Part shown: positions 1 through 9,037 of the stretch, piece by piece
How positions within the stretch are numbered: the stretch's first letter is position 1
How the letters are laid out: every line of letters begins with the position of its first letter
Origin: Gammaproteobacteria bacterium
GTDB lineage: Bacteria; Pseudomonadota; Gammaproteobacteria; Steroidobacterales; Steroidobacteraceae
Length of the DNA stretch: 46,239 bases
Direction of reading: 5' to 3'
Assembly: GCA_041690875.1 (NCBI GenBank)
Contig: JBEPVS010000001.1
Span: 1-46,239, forward strand
Program-made: the position numbers and the translations under genes
The notes under the pieces: model-generated
Seen by the model: the letters and a program-made list of their open reading frames with translations, nothing else
What the model was told of the DNA's origin: nothing
Databases searched by the model: none

Positions 1-1
1 C

Positions 2-919
<918 letters not shown>

Positions 920-920
920 T

Positions 921-1769
921 GTGAGCCAGCCGCGCGTCCTCATCATTGACGGCAACCGCGCCGAGATCCGCGAGCAACAAGCAGCAGCCGGCGGCATGCC
1001 GACGGGCGAGGGTTACGTGCGCGCGCTGCAACTGCTGGCGCCGGTGAGCTGCGACATCGTGCGTCCCGCCGATGCGGCCGTGAGGCTGTCGGCAGGCGTC
1101 GCATTGGGCGATTACGACGGCGTTGCGATCACTGGTTCCGCGCTCAACATCTACGATGGCGGAGAATACATCGAGCGGCAAATCGAACTCGCGCGCGCTG
1201 TGTTCGACAGCGGCGTGCCCTGCTTCGGTAGTTGCTGGGGCATGCAGCTCGCCGTGACCACGGCGGGTGGCCGCGTGCGCCCCAATCCACTCGGGCGGGA
1301 GTTCGGCTTCGCGCGTCGCATCGCGCTAAATGCCGCCGGGCGCGCGCATGAAATGTTTCGTGGCAAGCCGGCGGTGTTCGAAGCGGTCACGGTACACCGT
1401 GACGACATCGAGGCGCTTCCGCCCGGCGCGGCTGTGCTGGCGGACAGCGACATGGGATTGCAGGCGATCGAAATGCGTGCCGGAAGCAGTGTGTTCTGGG
1501 GCGTTCAGTATCACCCCGAATACAGCTACGCGGACATCGCGGCCACCGCGAAACGCTATGCGCAGGTGCTGCTGGGCGAAGGCCTGTTCGCCGACCGCGC
1601 CGAACTTGACGCCTGGGTAAATGACGCGCTCGCCCTCGATCGCAACCCGCACGATGCGCGATTGTGCTGGCGTCACGGGCTCGGTCCGGCGATGCAGGAT
1701 GCCGCCGTCAAGATGGCCGAGCTCCGCAACTGGCTGCATGTGCAGGTGCTGCCGCGCCACACGGCATGA
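921..1769 (+). CDS. Class I glutamine amidotransferase-like protein (GATase1)
   Basis: 282-aa ORF with a GTG start 1 nt after the upstream stop. Carries the nucleophile elbow GSCWGMQLA and the His/Glu motif VQYHPE typical of type-1 amidotransferases. Confidence 0.8.
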   Translation: MSQPRVLIIDGNRAEIREQQAAAGGMPTGEGYVRALQLLAPVSCDIVRPADAAVRLSAGVALGDYDGVAITGSALNIYDGGEYIERQIELARAVFDSGVPCFGSCWGMQLAVTTAGGRVRPNPLGREFGFARRIALNAAGRAHEMFRGKPAVFEAVTVHRDDIEALPPGAAVLADSDMGLQAIEMRAGSSVFWGVQYHPEYSYADIAATAKRYAQVLLGEGLFADRAELDAWVNDALALDRNPHDARLCWRHGLGPAMQDAAVKMAELRNWLHVQVLPRHTA

Positions 1770-2545
1770 TCCCGACCGTCCATTGGCTGTGGCTGGCGCT
1801 TGCCGGTTTCTCTGCCGGCGCGATCAACGCGCTCGCCGGTGGCGGAACGTTGGTCAGTTTTCCTGCGCTGCTGGCCTTGGGCATTGCGCCGGTGACTGCC
1901 AACATCACCAGCACCGTTGCACTGTGCCCCGGCTACCTGGGCGCTGCGCTGGCGCAACGCCGCGACCTGCATGGCCAGCAATTGCGCTTGGTGTCTTTTC
2001 TACCGATCGCTGCGTGCGGCGGGTTGCTGGGGGCCGCCTGGCTGCTGCACACGGACGCGCGCGCCTTCGCTCGCGCCGTGCCGTGGTTGATCCTGCTCGC
2101 CTGCGCGCTGCTCGCGATGCAGGAGAAAGTGCGCTCGATACTGGCGCCGCGCGCGGCGCTGGACGCCCCCACCCGCACGTCGCTTTCGCCGTCGTACTGG
2201 GCGCTGCCATTGATCGGCGCGGGCGCAGTCTACGGCGGATACTTCGGCGCTGGCATGAGCGTAATCCTGCTCGCTGCGCTCGGCATCGTGTGCGACGACT
2301 CGCTCGTGCGCCTGAACGCGCTGAAGCAGTGGTTGGCGCTGGCGGCAAACGGGGCGGCCGCGGCCTGGCTGGCATCGCGCACGCGGCTGGATTGGACCGT
2401 GGTCTCGGTGCTCGCGCTGAGCGCCGCGCTCGGCGGCGCCTGCGGCGGACGGATTGCAGGCCGCCTGTCGCCGCGCGTGTTGCGCCGCGCCGTTGTGCTG
2501 CTCGGCGTCGGGATCGCGATGGTTTACCTGTGGCGCAGTGCGTGA
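1766..2545 (+). CDS. TauE/SafE (TSUP) family anion exporter membrane protein
   Basis: ATG 1766 overlaps the upstream stop (ATGA). The N-terminus MIPTVHWLWLALAGFSAGAINALAGGGTLVSFPALL is the typical TSUP signature. The protein is multi-helix and hydrophobic throughout. The ORF-track start at 1664 is an Arg-rich extension inside the upstream gene. Confidence 0.8.
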   Translation: MIPTVHWLWLALAGFSAGAINALAGGGTLVSFPALLALGIAPVTANITSTVALCPGYLGAALAQRRDLHGQQLRLVSFLPIAACGGLLGAAWLLHTDARAFARAVPWLILLACALLAMQEKVRSILAPRAALDAPTRTSLSPSYWALPLIGAGAVYGGYFGAGMSVILLAALGIVCDDSLVRLNALKQWLALAANGAAAAWLASRTRLDWTVVSVLALSAALGGACGGRIAGRLSPRVLRRAVVLLGVGIAMVYLWRSA

Positions 2546-2589
2546 CGACGTGGCAGGCCGGCACGAGCGGCGTATCATGTGCCACTGCC

Positions 2590-3171
2590 ATGGGCGACAA
2601 CTCCAATCTCGATTCCGCCCGGCGCGATTCCGCCAAGCCGGGCGTGACCTACACGGTTTTCCAGACCCCGATCGGACATTGTGCCGTCGCGTGGAACAGC
2701 GGGGGACTCGTCGGTGTGCAGTTGCCGGAAGGCAGCGCGGTGACGACCGCGCGCCGTATCGTCGGGCGCTTTCGCGGCGCAGTGCGGCGTACGCCGCCGC
2801 CGCCCGTGCGCCAGGCGATCGATGCAATCCGCAAGCTACTGCGCGGTGGCAAGGATGAGTTGGCCGCCATCGAGCTCGATCTTTCGGGCCACACGCCATT
2901 CTGCCGGCGCGTGTACGAATTGGCGCGCGCTATCCCTTCGGGCGAAACGGTGAGCTACGGCGAACTCGCTGCGCGTGCCGGCGAACCGGCCGCGGCGCGC
3001 GCCGTGGGGCAAGCAATGGCGCACAATCCGTTCCCGTTGATCGTGCCCTGCCATCGAGTGCTGGCGGCGCACGGCGCCGGCGGTTTTTCCGCCCGCGGCG
3101 GCGTCGAGACGAAATTCAGGTTGTTGCGTATCGAAGGCGCGATCCGCCAGGCTGCGTTGCCGCTGGGCTGA
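2590..3171 (+). CDS. ogt: Methylated-DNA--protein-cysteine methyltransferase
   Basis: ATG 2590 lies within the long 1621..3171 frame. Active-site motif PCHRV is present (IVPCHRVLAAHG), together with YGELA and NP.P..IPCHRV family motifs. Confidence 0.85.
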   Translation: MGDNSNLDSARRDSAKPGVTYTVFQTPIGHCAVAWNSGGLVGVQLPEGSAVTTARRIVGRFRGAVRRTPPPPVRQAIDAIRKLLRGGKDELAAIELDLSGHTPFCRRVYELARAIPSGETVSYGELAARAGEPAAARAVGQAMAHNPFPLIVPCHRVLAAHGAGGFSARGGVETKFRLLRIEGAIRQAALPLG

Positions 3172-3195
3172 AGGCGCTCGCTCGCCCAAACGGCG

Positions 3196-3723
3196 TTATC
3201 GCGACGTATCCGCGTCCGTCAAGGTGTGCACCTGTCCCATCGCGGGACGAAACCGCACGCGCACCGAGGATTCGGCATGCGCCATCGAACTGATGACCTG
3301 GATGCCCGCGTCCTGCAGGAACGCGCCGATGAAAGCCTGCAGTCCTTCGCAGCGCACGCGCGCGGAGGCCTGGTCTTCGGTGTGCGCCACAAGTTTTGCC
3401 TGCCAGTGCTTGGCCTGCGGACTGACCGCGCCGAGTTCACGCATTGCGCGATCGAGCAACGCCAGGTCGCTTGACAGCGTGTTGTCGGTCAGATTCGGAT
3501 CGCGGCTGTGTCCCGGAGCCGCCAGCCGCAAGTGCAACAGCGCGCCGTGTTCCTCGACCGCGTCGTACAGGCACACGACCAGCGAACTGTGCAGCGCTGC
3601 GCACAGCACGACGTCGTCGGTGACGATGCGGTAATCGTCCGATTCGACCGTCAGGTCCGGCGCAGGCTCATCCATCGACGCAGTCTCGCAGGCATAACGC
3701 GCAACCGGTGTTAGCCAGGTCAC
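3196..3723 (-). CDS. CheD-like protein (orphan, nucleophile position apparently Ser)
   Basis: 175-aa ORF with GTG 3723 or alternative ATG 3675. By-eye alignment to CheD: HSSLVVCLYDAVEEHGALLHLRL versus GSCVGVVIYDLFHQVAGMAHVML. Also AKLVAH...GIQVISS...VRVRF versus AKIAGG...GI.I.SED...R.IEF. No chemotaxis genes lie nearby. Confidence 0.45.
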   Translation of the reverse strand: MTWLTPVARYACETASMDEPAPDLTVESDDYRIVTDDVVLCAALHSSLVVCLYDAVEEHGALLHLRLAAPGHSRDPNLTDNTLSSDLALLDRAMRELGAVSPQAKHWQAKLVAHTEDQASARVRCEGLQAFIGAFLQDAGIQVISSMAHAESSVRVRFRPAMGQVHTLTDADTSR

Positions 3724-3761
3724 AGTATGGGGCGCAGAGCAGCCTCTGCTAGCATGCCCAC

Positions 3762-4163
3762 ATGGAGCAGAATGCCGATCACATCACGCATCGCGGTGGT
3801 TGTCATTGCGGCCGCGTGCGCTTCGAGGTGCGCGCGCCAGGCGAGATCGAAGTCATGGATTGCAACTGTTCGGTCTGCAACAAGGCGGGATTCCTGCACC
3901 TGATCGTGCCGGCCCTGCAATTCAAACTGCTCAGCGGCGCCGACGCATTGACCCACTACCAGTTCAACACTGGCACCGCACACCATCTGTTCTGTTCCGT
4001 GTGCGGCATCAAGTCGTACTACGTGCCGCGCTCGCATCCGAACGGATTCAGCGTCAACGCGCGCTGCCTCGATGAAGGAACGGTGACCGGCATGCGCGTC
4101 GTGGCGTGCGACGGGCGCGATTGGGAGGGGCAATTTCCGGATGGCCCGCATGTACGATCCTGA
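3762..4163 (+). CDS. GFA family protein (glutathione-dependent formaldehyde-activating / CENP-V fold)
   Basis: 133 aa with the family's zinc-binding Cys pattern: GGCHCGRVRF, CNCSVC and FCSVCG. Confidence 0.85.
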   Translation: MEQNADHITHRGGCHCGRVRFEVRAPGEIEVMDCNCSVCNKAGFLHLIVPALQFKLLSGADALTHYQFNTGTAHHLFCSVCGIKSYYVPRSHPNGFSVNARCLDEGTVTGMRVVACDGRDWEGQFPDGPHVRS

Positions 4164-4710
4164 ACTGCGCGTGGAAACGGCGCGACTGGTCCTGCGGCCG
4201 CCGCGCCTTGCCGACCTCGATGCCTGGGCGGACTTCATGGCCGATCCGCGCGCGACGCTGCACCTGGGCGGCGCGCAACCCCGCTCGACGGTGTGGCGCA
4301 GCCTCGCAGCAATGGTCGGTTCATGGACGATGAGCGGATTTGCAATGTTCTCGGTAGTCGAGAAAGACAGCGGCGAGTGGGTTGGACGCGTCGGCCCGTG
4401 GTGCCCAGAAGGGTGGCCCGGCACCGAAGTGGGCTGGGGCGTGCGCTCGAAATTCTGGGGACGCGGCTACGCCACCGAAGCCGCGATCGCCTCGATCGAC
4501 TGGGCGTTTACGAACCTGGGTTGGACCGAGGTCATCCACGCGATCGCCCCGGAAAACGCCGAGTCGCAGGCGGTCGCGCGCCGGCTCGGTTCCTCGTCCC
4601 TGCGCGCGACGGAACTGCCGCCGCCGTTTGTCGGCTACAAAGTCGATATCTGGGGACAATCGCGCGAGCAATGGCAGGCGCAACGTGCACGCCTGCCACT
4701 GAAGACATGA
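4141..4710 (+). CDS. GNAT family N-acetyltransferase (RimJ/RimL-like)
   Basis: 189 aa. N-terminal ETARLVLRPPRLADLDAW is typical of the RimJ/L subgroup, and the acetyl-CoA loop is FWGRGYATEA. Overlaps the upstream GFA gene by 23 nt; alternative ATG at 4150. Confidence 0.85.
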   Translation: MARMYDPELRVETARLVLRPPRLADLDAWADFMADPRATLHLGGAQPRSTVWRSLAAMVGSWTMSGFAMFSVVEKDSGEWVGRVGPWCPEGWPGTEVGWGVRSKFWGRGYATEAAIASIDWAFTNLGWTEVIHAIAPENAESQAVARRLGSSSLRATELPPPFVGYKVDIWGQSREQWQAQRARLPLKT

Positions 4711-5291
4711 AGAAATCGCGGCTCGAGGCCTTCAGCGATGGCGTGCTCGCGATCATCATCACGATCATGGTGCTGGAACTGCACGCGCCGCACGAGCCGA
4801 CGCTCAATGCGCTGGTGCTGCTTTGGCCGACGCTGCTCAGCTACTTGATGAGCTATGTATTCGTCGGCATCTACTGGAACAACCATCACCACCTGTGGCA
4901 GTTGGTCGAGCACGTCAACGGCCCGGTGCTGTGGGCCAACCTGCACCTGCTGTTCTGGCTATCGCTCGTACCGTTCGTCACCGCATGGATGGGCGAGAAT
5001 CATTTCGCGGCCGCGCCGGTCGCTGTGTATGGCCTGGTGCTGTTCGGCGCCGCGGTCGCGTACTACATCATGACGCGCGTGCTGCTGGCCGACCACGCGC
5101 GCGACTCGCTGCTGGCGCGCGCACTCGGGAGCGATTTCAAGGGCCGGATCTCGCTGGTCATCTACGCTGTGGCGATCGCCCTCGCATTCGTTCTGCCCTG
5201 GGTGTCGGGATTACTGTACGCAACGGTGTCGGTAATCTGGCTGGTGCCTGACCGCCGCGTCGAGCGCGTGCTCGTTGGAAAGCACGGCTAG
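4707..5291 (+). CDS. TMEM175 family potassium channel (DUF1211)
   Basis: ATG 4707 overlaps the GNAT stop (ATGA). Hallmark RLEAFSDGVLAIIITIMVLE (RxxxFSD) is present. Six predicted hydrophobic helices. Confidence 0.85.
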   Translation: MKKSRLEAFSDGVLAIIITIMVLELHAPHEPTLNALVLLWPTLLSYLMSYVFVGIYWNNHHHLWQLVEHVNGPVLWANLHLLFWLSLVPFVTAWMGENHFAAAPVAVYGLVLFGAAVAYYIMTRVLLADHARDSLLARALGSDFKGRISLVIYAVAIALAFVLPWVSGLLYATVSVIWLVPDRRVERVLVGKHG

Positions 5292-8200
5292 CGCTCGATC
5301 GTGTACACGAGGTCGGCGCTGCGCGTCAGGCCGGCCTCGGTCTTGATCGTCCAGTGATCGCCGAGCGTGTATCGCATCTTGATCGTGTTGATCGCCTCGG
5401 CGAGGCTGATGCCGTAGCTGACATACAGTCGTGGCGACAGGTAGCGGCCCAGCACGAGCGAGGTTTCGTTATTGAGATCCGATTCGACGCTGACATCGTC
5501 GAGACCGACCTTGCCGCCGAACTGCTGGAACAACAGCGCGCTGCCCTGCAGCAGCATGTTGTTGCGCGCCTCGGCGCCGCGCTGCGCCGGGTCAGCGTTC
5601 TGCACGCTGTCGAGCGAACCGCCGGCGAGCAGCAGCGACACAATCTGCGACTGCGACACCATCGGATCGGAGAAGAAGGTCATGCGCGGCGCGCGCAATG
5701 TGCCGCGCACGTTGACCCCCGCCGTGATGTCGGGAAATTTCTTGATCGCGCGCAGGTCGATTGCCGGATCGTTCAACGGTCCATTGCGGAACTGCAGCTT
5801 GCCGCGCTCGATGTCGAGCCTGCGCCCATAGGCCGTATATTTGCCTTCCTCGACCTTCAGTTCACCGGTACCGCGCGCAAAGCCCGTGTCGTCGGCAATG
5901 GCGCGCAGGCTCCCGCTCAGGCGCCCCACCAGGCCGAGCGTATCAATCGTTACGCGCTCGCCCAACACCAGCGTCAGGTCGCTGAACACATGGAAGCTCT
6001 CGCCAGGCGGTGCCTGATTGGTGGTGACGATGATCTCATCGCCCGATGCGCGCACCGCGTTCGTGAGCTGGTCGGGACGCTGCAGGCGCGCATACGGAAG
6101 CGTGACGGTGCCGGTGATGTCTATGCGCCGTCCGCCGAATTTCATCCGCACGTCGGGCGAGGCCTGCACGCGCGCTTCGGGAATGTTGACGACACGCAGG
6201 TTGTCGCCGCTCAGGTGGATCTGTCCGTAGGGCAACAGGTCGCGCCACGCGAGTTCGCCATCGAACTGCGCATGGCCGTCGGCACCGGCGCGCGTACTGC
6301 CATTGAGCTGTAGAACCGAGTCCTTGAGTCGCGCCTCGAAATTCAGTTCACGCAGCGAGAGGTTGATCTGGTAGGCGTCGACCTCTGCGTCCGTCAATTT
6401 CAGGTCGCCGTTCAGGTTCAATGCCGCCAGCGTTCCGTCCAACTGCACGTTCGCATCGAGCTGCCCTGCCACGCGGTCGACCTGCGCGACGTACGAGTCG
6501 ATGAAGCCCAGCGAGTGTGTCTGCAGCCGCACATCGCCTTTGAGCGGCCATGCGCGCAGCTCGCCCCCATCGTTTCGAGCATCCAGATGCCCGGCGATAT
6601 TGCCGCCGGTACCGGCGTCGAGCCCGACGCTCGCCGTGAGGCCGCCTTCGTCCAGCTTGGCGCGCATGTTGCCCGTGCCGAGGCTGAAAGATTCGATGCG
6701 GCCGCCACTGAGATGATGGCGCACAGCCGCGTCGGCGAGCGTGCCGGTGATTGAGCCGGTCCACGCGGCGTCGCCCGTCGCTTCGGCTTGAGCATCGAGC
6801 GACACACGACCTTCAAAGTCAGTTTGGACGCCGAGGCCGGCAGTCAGCGTGCGCAGCGGCACATTTTCGGCATGCACGCGGGCCTGCGTGTGCCCGGCCT
6901 CGCGCGACAGCGCGGCACACAACGTGGCCTGCGTATCCTGCAGGCAGAAGTTGCTGAGCTGCAGCGGATCGCCGGTGACCGAGGCGACCAGCGTCGCGGG
7001 CTGCGCCAGCGCCAGGTGCAACGCGCCGCCGTCGCCGGCCGTGAACGCCTCGATACCGGCGCGCCACACGCCGTCGGCGTATTGTCCCTGGCCGCTCGCC
7101 TGCATTCGGTATGGCGCCGCGCGCAGATCGACCTCGTAACGGTGTGCCGCAGTGGTGCCGGCCGTCGTCACGCCCAGGTGCGAAAAATGGTGCGCGCCCG
7201 AAGTGAACTGTTCAAGCTGCAGGTTGATGTCGGCGCGCCCGTTGCCTTGCGGTTCGAAATCGATGTCGGCGCTGACAGCCTGCAGTTGCATGCCCTCGAA
7301 GTCGATGCCGGTGCCACGGACGCGCGCCACGAGCAGCGGGTCGCGCGTATCGCTCCGGTAATGTCCGCTGGCGCGCAGCTGTCCGCGCGCTCCGGTGTGC
7401 AAGAGTGCCAGGTCGTTTGCATCAATGGCGAAACGCAGGTCGGGGTGCACGCCAAGTCGGCCGTCCGCCTCGAGGTGCGTGGCGCCGAGCTGCACCTGTA
7501 CCTGCTGCAGCAGCCAGTCATCACCCGCGAGCGCGATGCCGGCGCGCCCGCTGGCACGTTGGCCGCGCACATTGCCCGCAAGCGCCGTGAATTTCGACTG
7601 CAATTCTCCGCCGGCTCCAAAGCCCTGGCCTGCTGCGCTTACGTTGAAGTCAAGACGCCCACTGACCCCGGACCGCACCGTGGAAACGTTCAGGCCATGC
7701 ATCGCACCGGCGATCGACCAGCGCTCGAGCGGCGACCACTGCGCATCGGCACGCAGCTGCGCGTGGCCGCCGAAGGCGTCGAGCGCGAGATCGGGAATGT
7801 CGATGCCATTGTGCTCGATATGACCGCTTGCGCCGAAGTGCAGCGCGGGCAGCGTGAGTACTTGCAATGCTCCGCTCGCCGAAAAGGCGAAGGGCTTGAG
7901 GCCACTGAGCGTGTAGCTGCCTTCGGGGCTGTGCACATTCGCATCGGGCGCGGCCAGCGGCCAACGAAATCGCTGCCAATCGCCGCGCAGGTCGAGCCGC
8001 GGCCCCTCGGTCTCGATACCGATGCTGCCAGAGGCGCGGAGTAGTGCGCCGGAAGCGCGATGCAGGAACGTTGCGCGCGATACATCGAGTACATGCGACG
8101 CGTACCGGCCGTAGAAATCCACTGCCAGCGCGCCGGCATGCAGGCCTGGCGGTTCGAGCGTACCCTGTGCGCCAAACCCATCGCGGTTACCCTTCAGTTG

Positions 8201-9037
8201 CAGGGTACCGTGCATGACGCCCAGCGCGTTGCCGAGTCCCCAGGCACGCAGGTCGAGGCCGCGCACTTCCGAAGTGCCCAGCCAGTTCCAGTCACCGGTG
8301 AGTGCGCGGGCCTCGCCGTGGGCATCCGCATTGAACGGCGCGAGCAGGGCGCCGGTAATCGGCAGCCGATCGAGATCGCCGTCGAACTGGGCATTCGCAA
8401 GCCACGCAGGCTGGCCCTCTAGCGTCAAGCTCAGGCGCGATTGGCCCGTAAGGCGGATCGGATTGGCGGCGAACACGATCCCGCTGCTGCGCGTCTCCCA
8501 ACCCAGGTACAGCATTGTGGCCTCGAAAACGCGGATCTCGTTGAGGCCAACCACCGCAACCGTGTGCAGCCGATCGAAGGCCACGCTGACCCCACTCGGT
8601 GAAATGATCTCCGCGTGCGCGATGTTCAGATCTTCGGCACGGATGTTGAGCAGCCCGACGAGGAAATGCGGTTGCCATGGCGCGGCGTTCGACTGTGGAT
8701 GCGGCAGCACATGGATCTTCACGTCTGCCATCGACAGGTGCGCGACGCGAATCGTTTGCCACAACAGTGGGAGCAGTGCGACGCGGCCGTCGACGTTGGT
8801 TGCGACCACCTGCATGCGCGCATGGTCGACTTCAATGCGATCGATATGCAGTCCGCCGTGCAGCGTGCCGCGCACACCGCTGATCTTGAGCGTGACAGGA
8901 CCGAGCTGCCGGCTCGACAGCGAGACGATGCGCTGCAGTCCGCCGGGCGTCCAACCGACATAGTAGATCGCGCCGCCGACCAGTAGCACCAGCGCCAGCA
9001 GCGAGATCCACGAGGTGTGCAGCACGCGGCGAATCAT
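5288..9037 (-). CDS. tamB: Translocation and assembly module inner-membrane subunit TamB
   Basis: 1249 aa with an N-terminal anchor (ISLLALVLLVGGAIYYV) and a long beta-rich body. The C-terminal DUF490-type end is LGRYLSPRLYVSYGISL...WTIKTEAG. The start overlaps the tamA stop by 4 nt. Confidence 0.9.
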   Translation of the reverse strand: MIRRVLHTSWISLLALVLLVGGAIYYVGWTPGGLQRIVSLSSRQLGPVTLKISGVRGTLHGGLHIDRIEVDHARMQVVATNVDGRVALLPLLWQTIRVAHLSMADVKIHVLPHPQSNAAPWQPHFLVGLLNIRAEDLNIAHAEIISPSGVSVAFDRLHTVAVVGLNEIRVFEATMLYLGWETRSSGIVFAANPIRLTGQSRLSLTLEGQPAWLANAQFDGDLDRLPITGALLAPFNADAHGEARALTGDWNWLGTSEVRGLDLRAWGLGNALGVMHGTLQLKGNRDGFGAQGTLEPPGLHAGALAVDFYGRYASHVLDVSRATFLHRASGALLRASGSIGIETEGPRLDLRGDWQRFRWPLAAPDANVHSPEGSYTLSGLKPFAFSASGALQVLTLPALHFGASGHIEHNGIDIPDLALDAFGGHAQLRADAQWSPLERWSIAGAMHGLNVSTVRSGVSGRLDFNVSAAGQGFGAGGELQSKFTALAGNVRGQRASGRAGIALAGDDWLLQQVQVQLGATHLEADGRLGVHPDLRFAIDANDLALLHTGARGQLRASGHYRSDTRDPLLVARVRGTGIDFEGMQLQAVSADIDFEPQGNGRADINLQLEQFTSGAHHFSHLGVTTAGTTAAHRYEVDLRAAPYRMQASGQGQYADGVWRAGIEAFTAGDGGALHLALAQPATLVASVTGDPLQLSNFCLQDTQATLCAALSREAGHTQARVHAENVPLRTLTAGLGVQTDFEGRVSLDAQAEATGDAAWTGSITGTLADAAVRHHLSGGRIESFSLGTGNMRAKLDEGGLTASVGLDAGTGGNIAGHLDARNDGGELRAWPLKGDVRLQTHSLGFIDSYVAQVDRVAGQLDANVQLDGTLAALNLNGDLKLTDAEVDAYQINLSLRELNFEARLKDSVLQLNGSTRAGADGHAQFDGELAWRDLLPYGQIHLSGDNLRVVNIPEARVQASPDVRMKFGGRRIDITGTVTLPYARLQRPDQLTNAVRASGDEIIVTTNQAPPGESFHVFSDLTLVLGERVTIDTLGLVGRLSGSLRAIADDTGFARGTGELKVEEGKYTAYGRRLDIERGKLQFRNGPLNDPAIDLRAIKKFPDITAGVNVRGTLRAPRMTFFSDPMVSQSQIVSLLLAGGSLDSVQNADPAQRGAEARNNMLLQGSALLFQQFGGKVGLDDVSVESDLNNETSLVLGRYLSPRLYVSYGISLAEAINTIKMRYTLGDHWTIKTEAGLTRSADLVYTIER

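Noticed and set aside
1621-3171. 516-aa ORF in the track
   Set aside because: Composite frame. Its first roughly 320 codons are Arg/Ala/Cys-rich and lie out of frame over the well-supported TSUP gene. Only the last 193 codons (from ATG 2590) have Ogt motifs.
4141-4710. GNAT gene as a TacT/AtaT-like toxin of a toxin-antitoxin pair
   Set aside because: The N-terminus and length fit the RimJ/RimL acetyltransferase subgroup. The upstream partner is a GFA enzyme rather than an RHH/DUF1778 antitoxin, and the downstream gene is a channel.
5354-8044. 319-aa and 418-aa plus-strand ORFs inside tamB
   Set aside because: Antisense shadows of the 1249-aa TamB gene, with no independent support.
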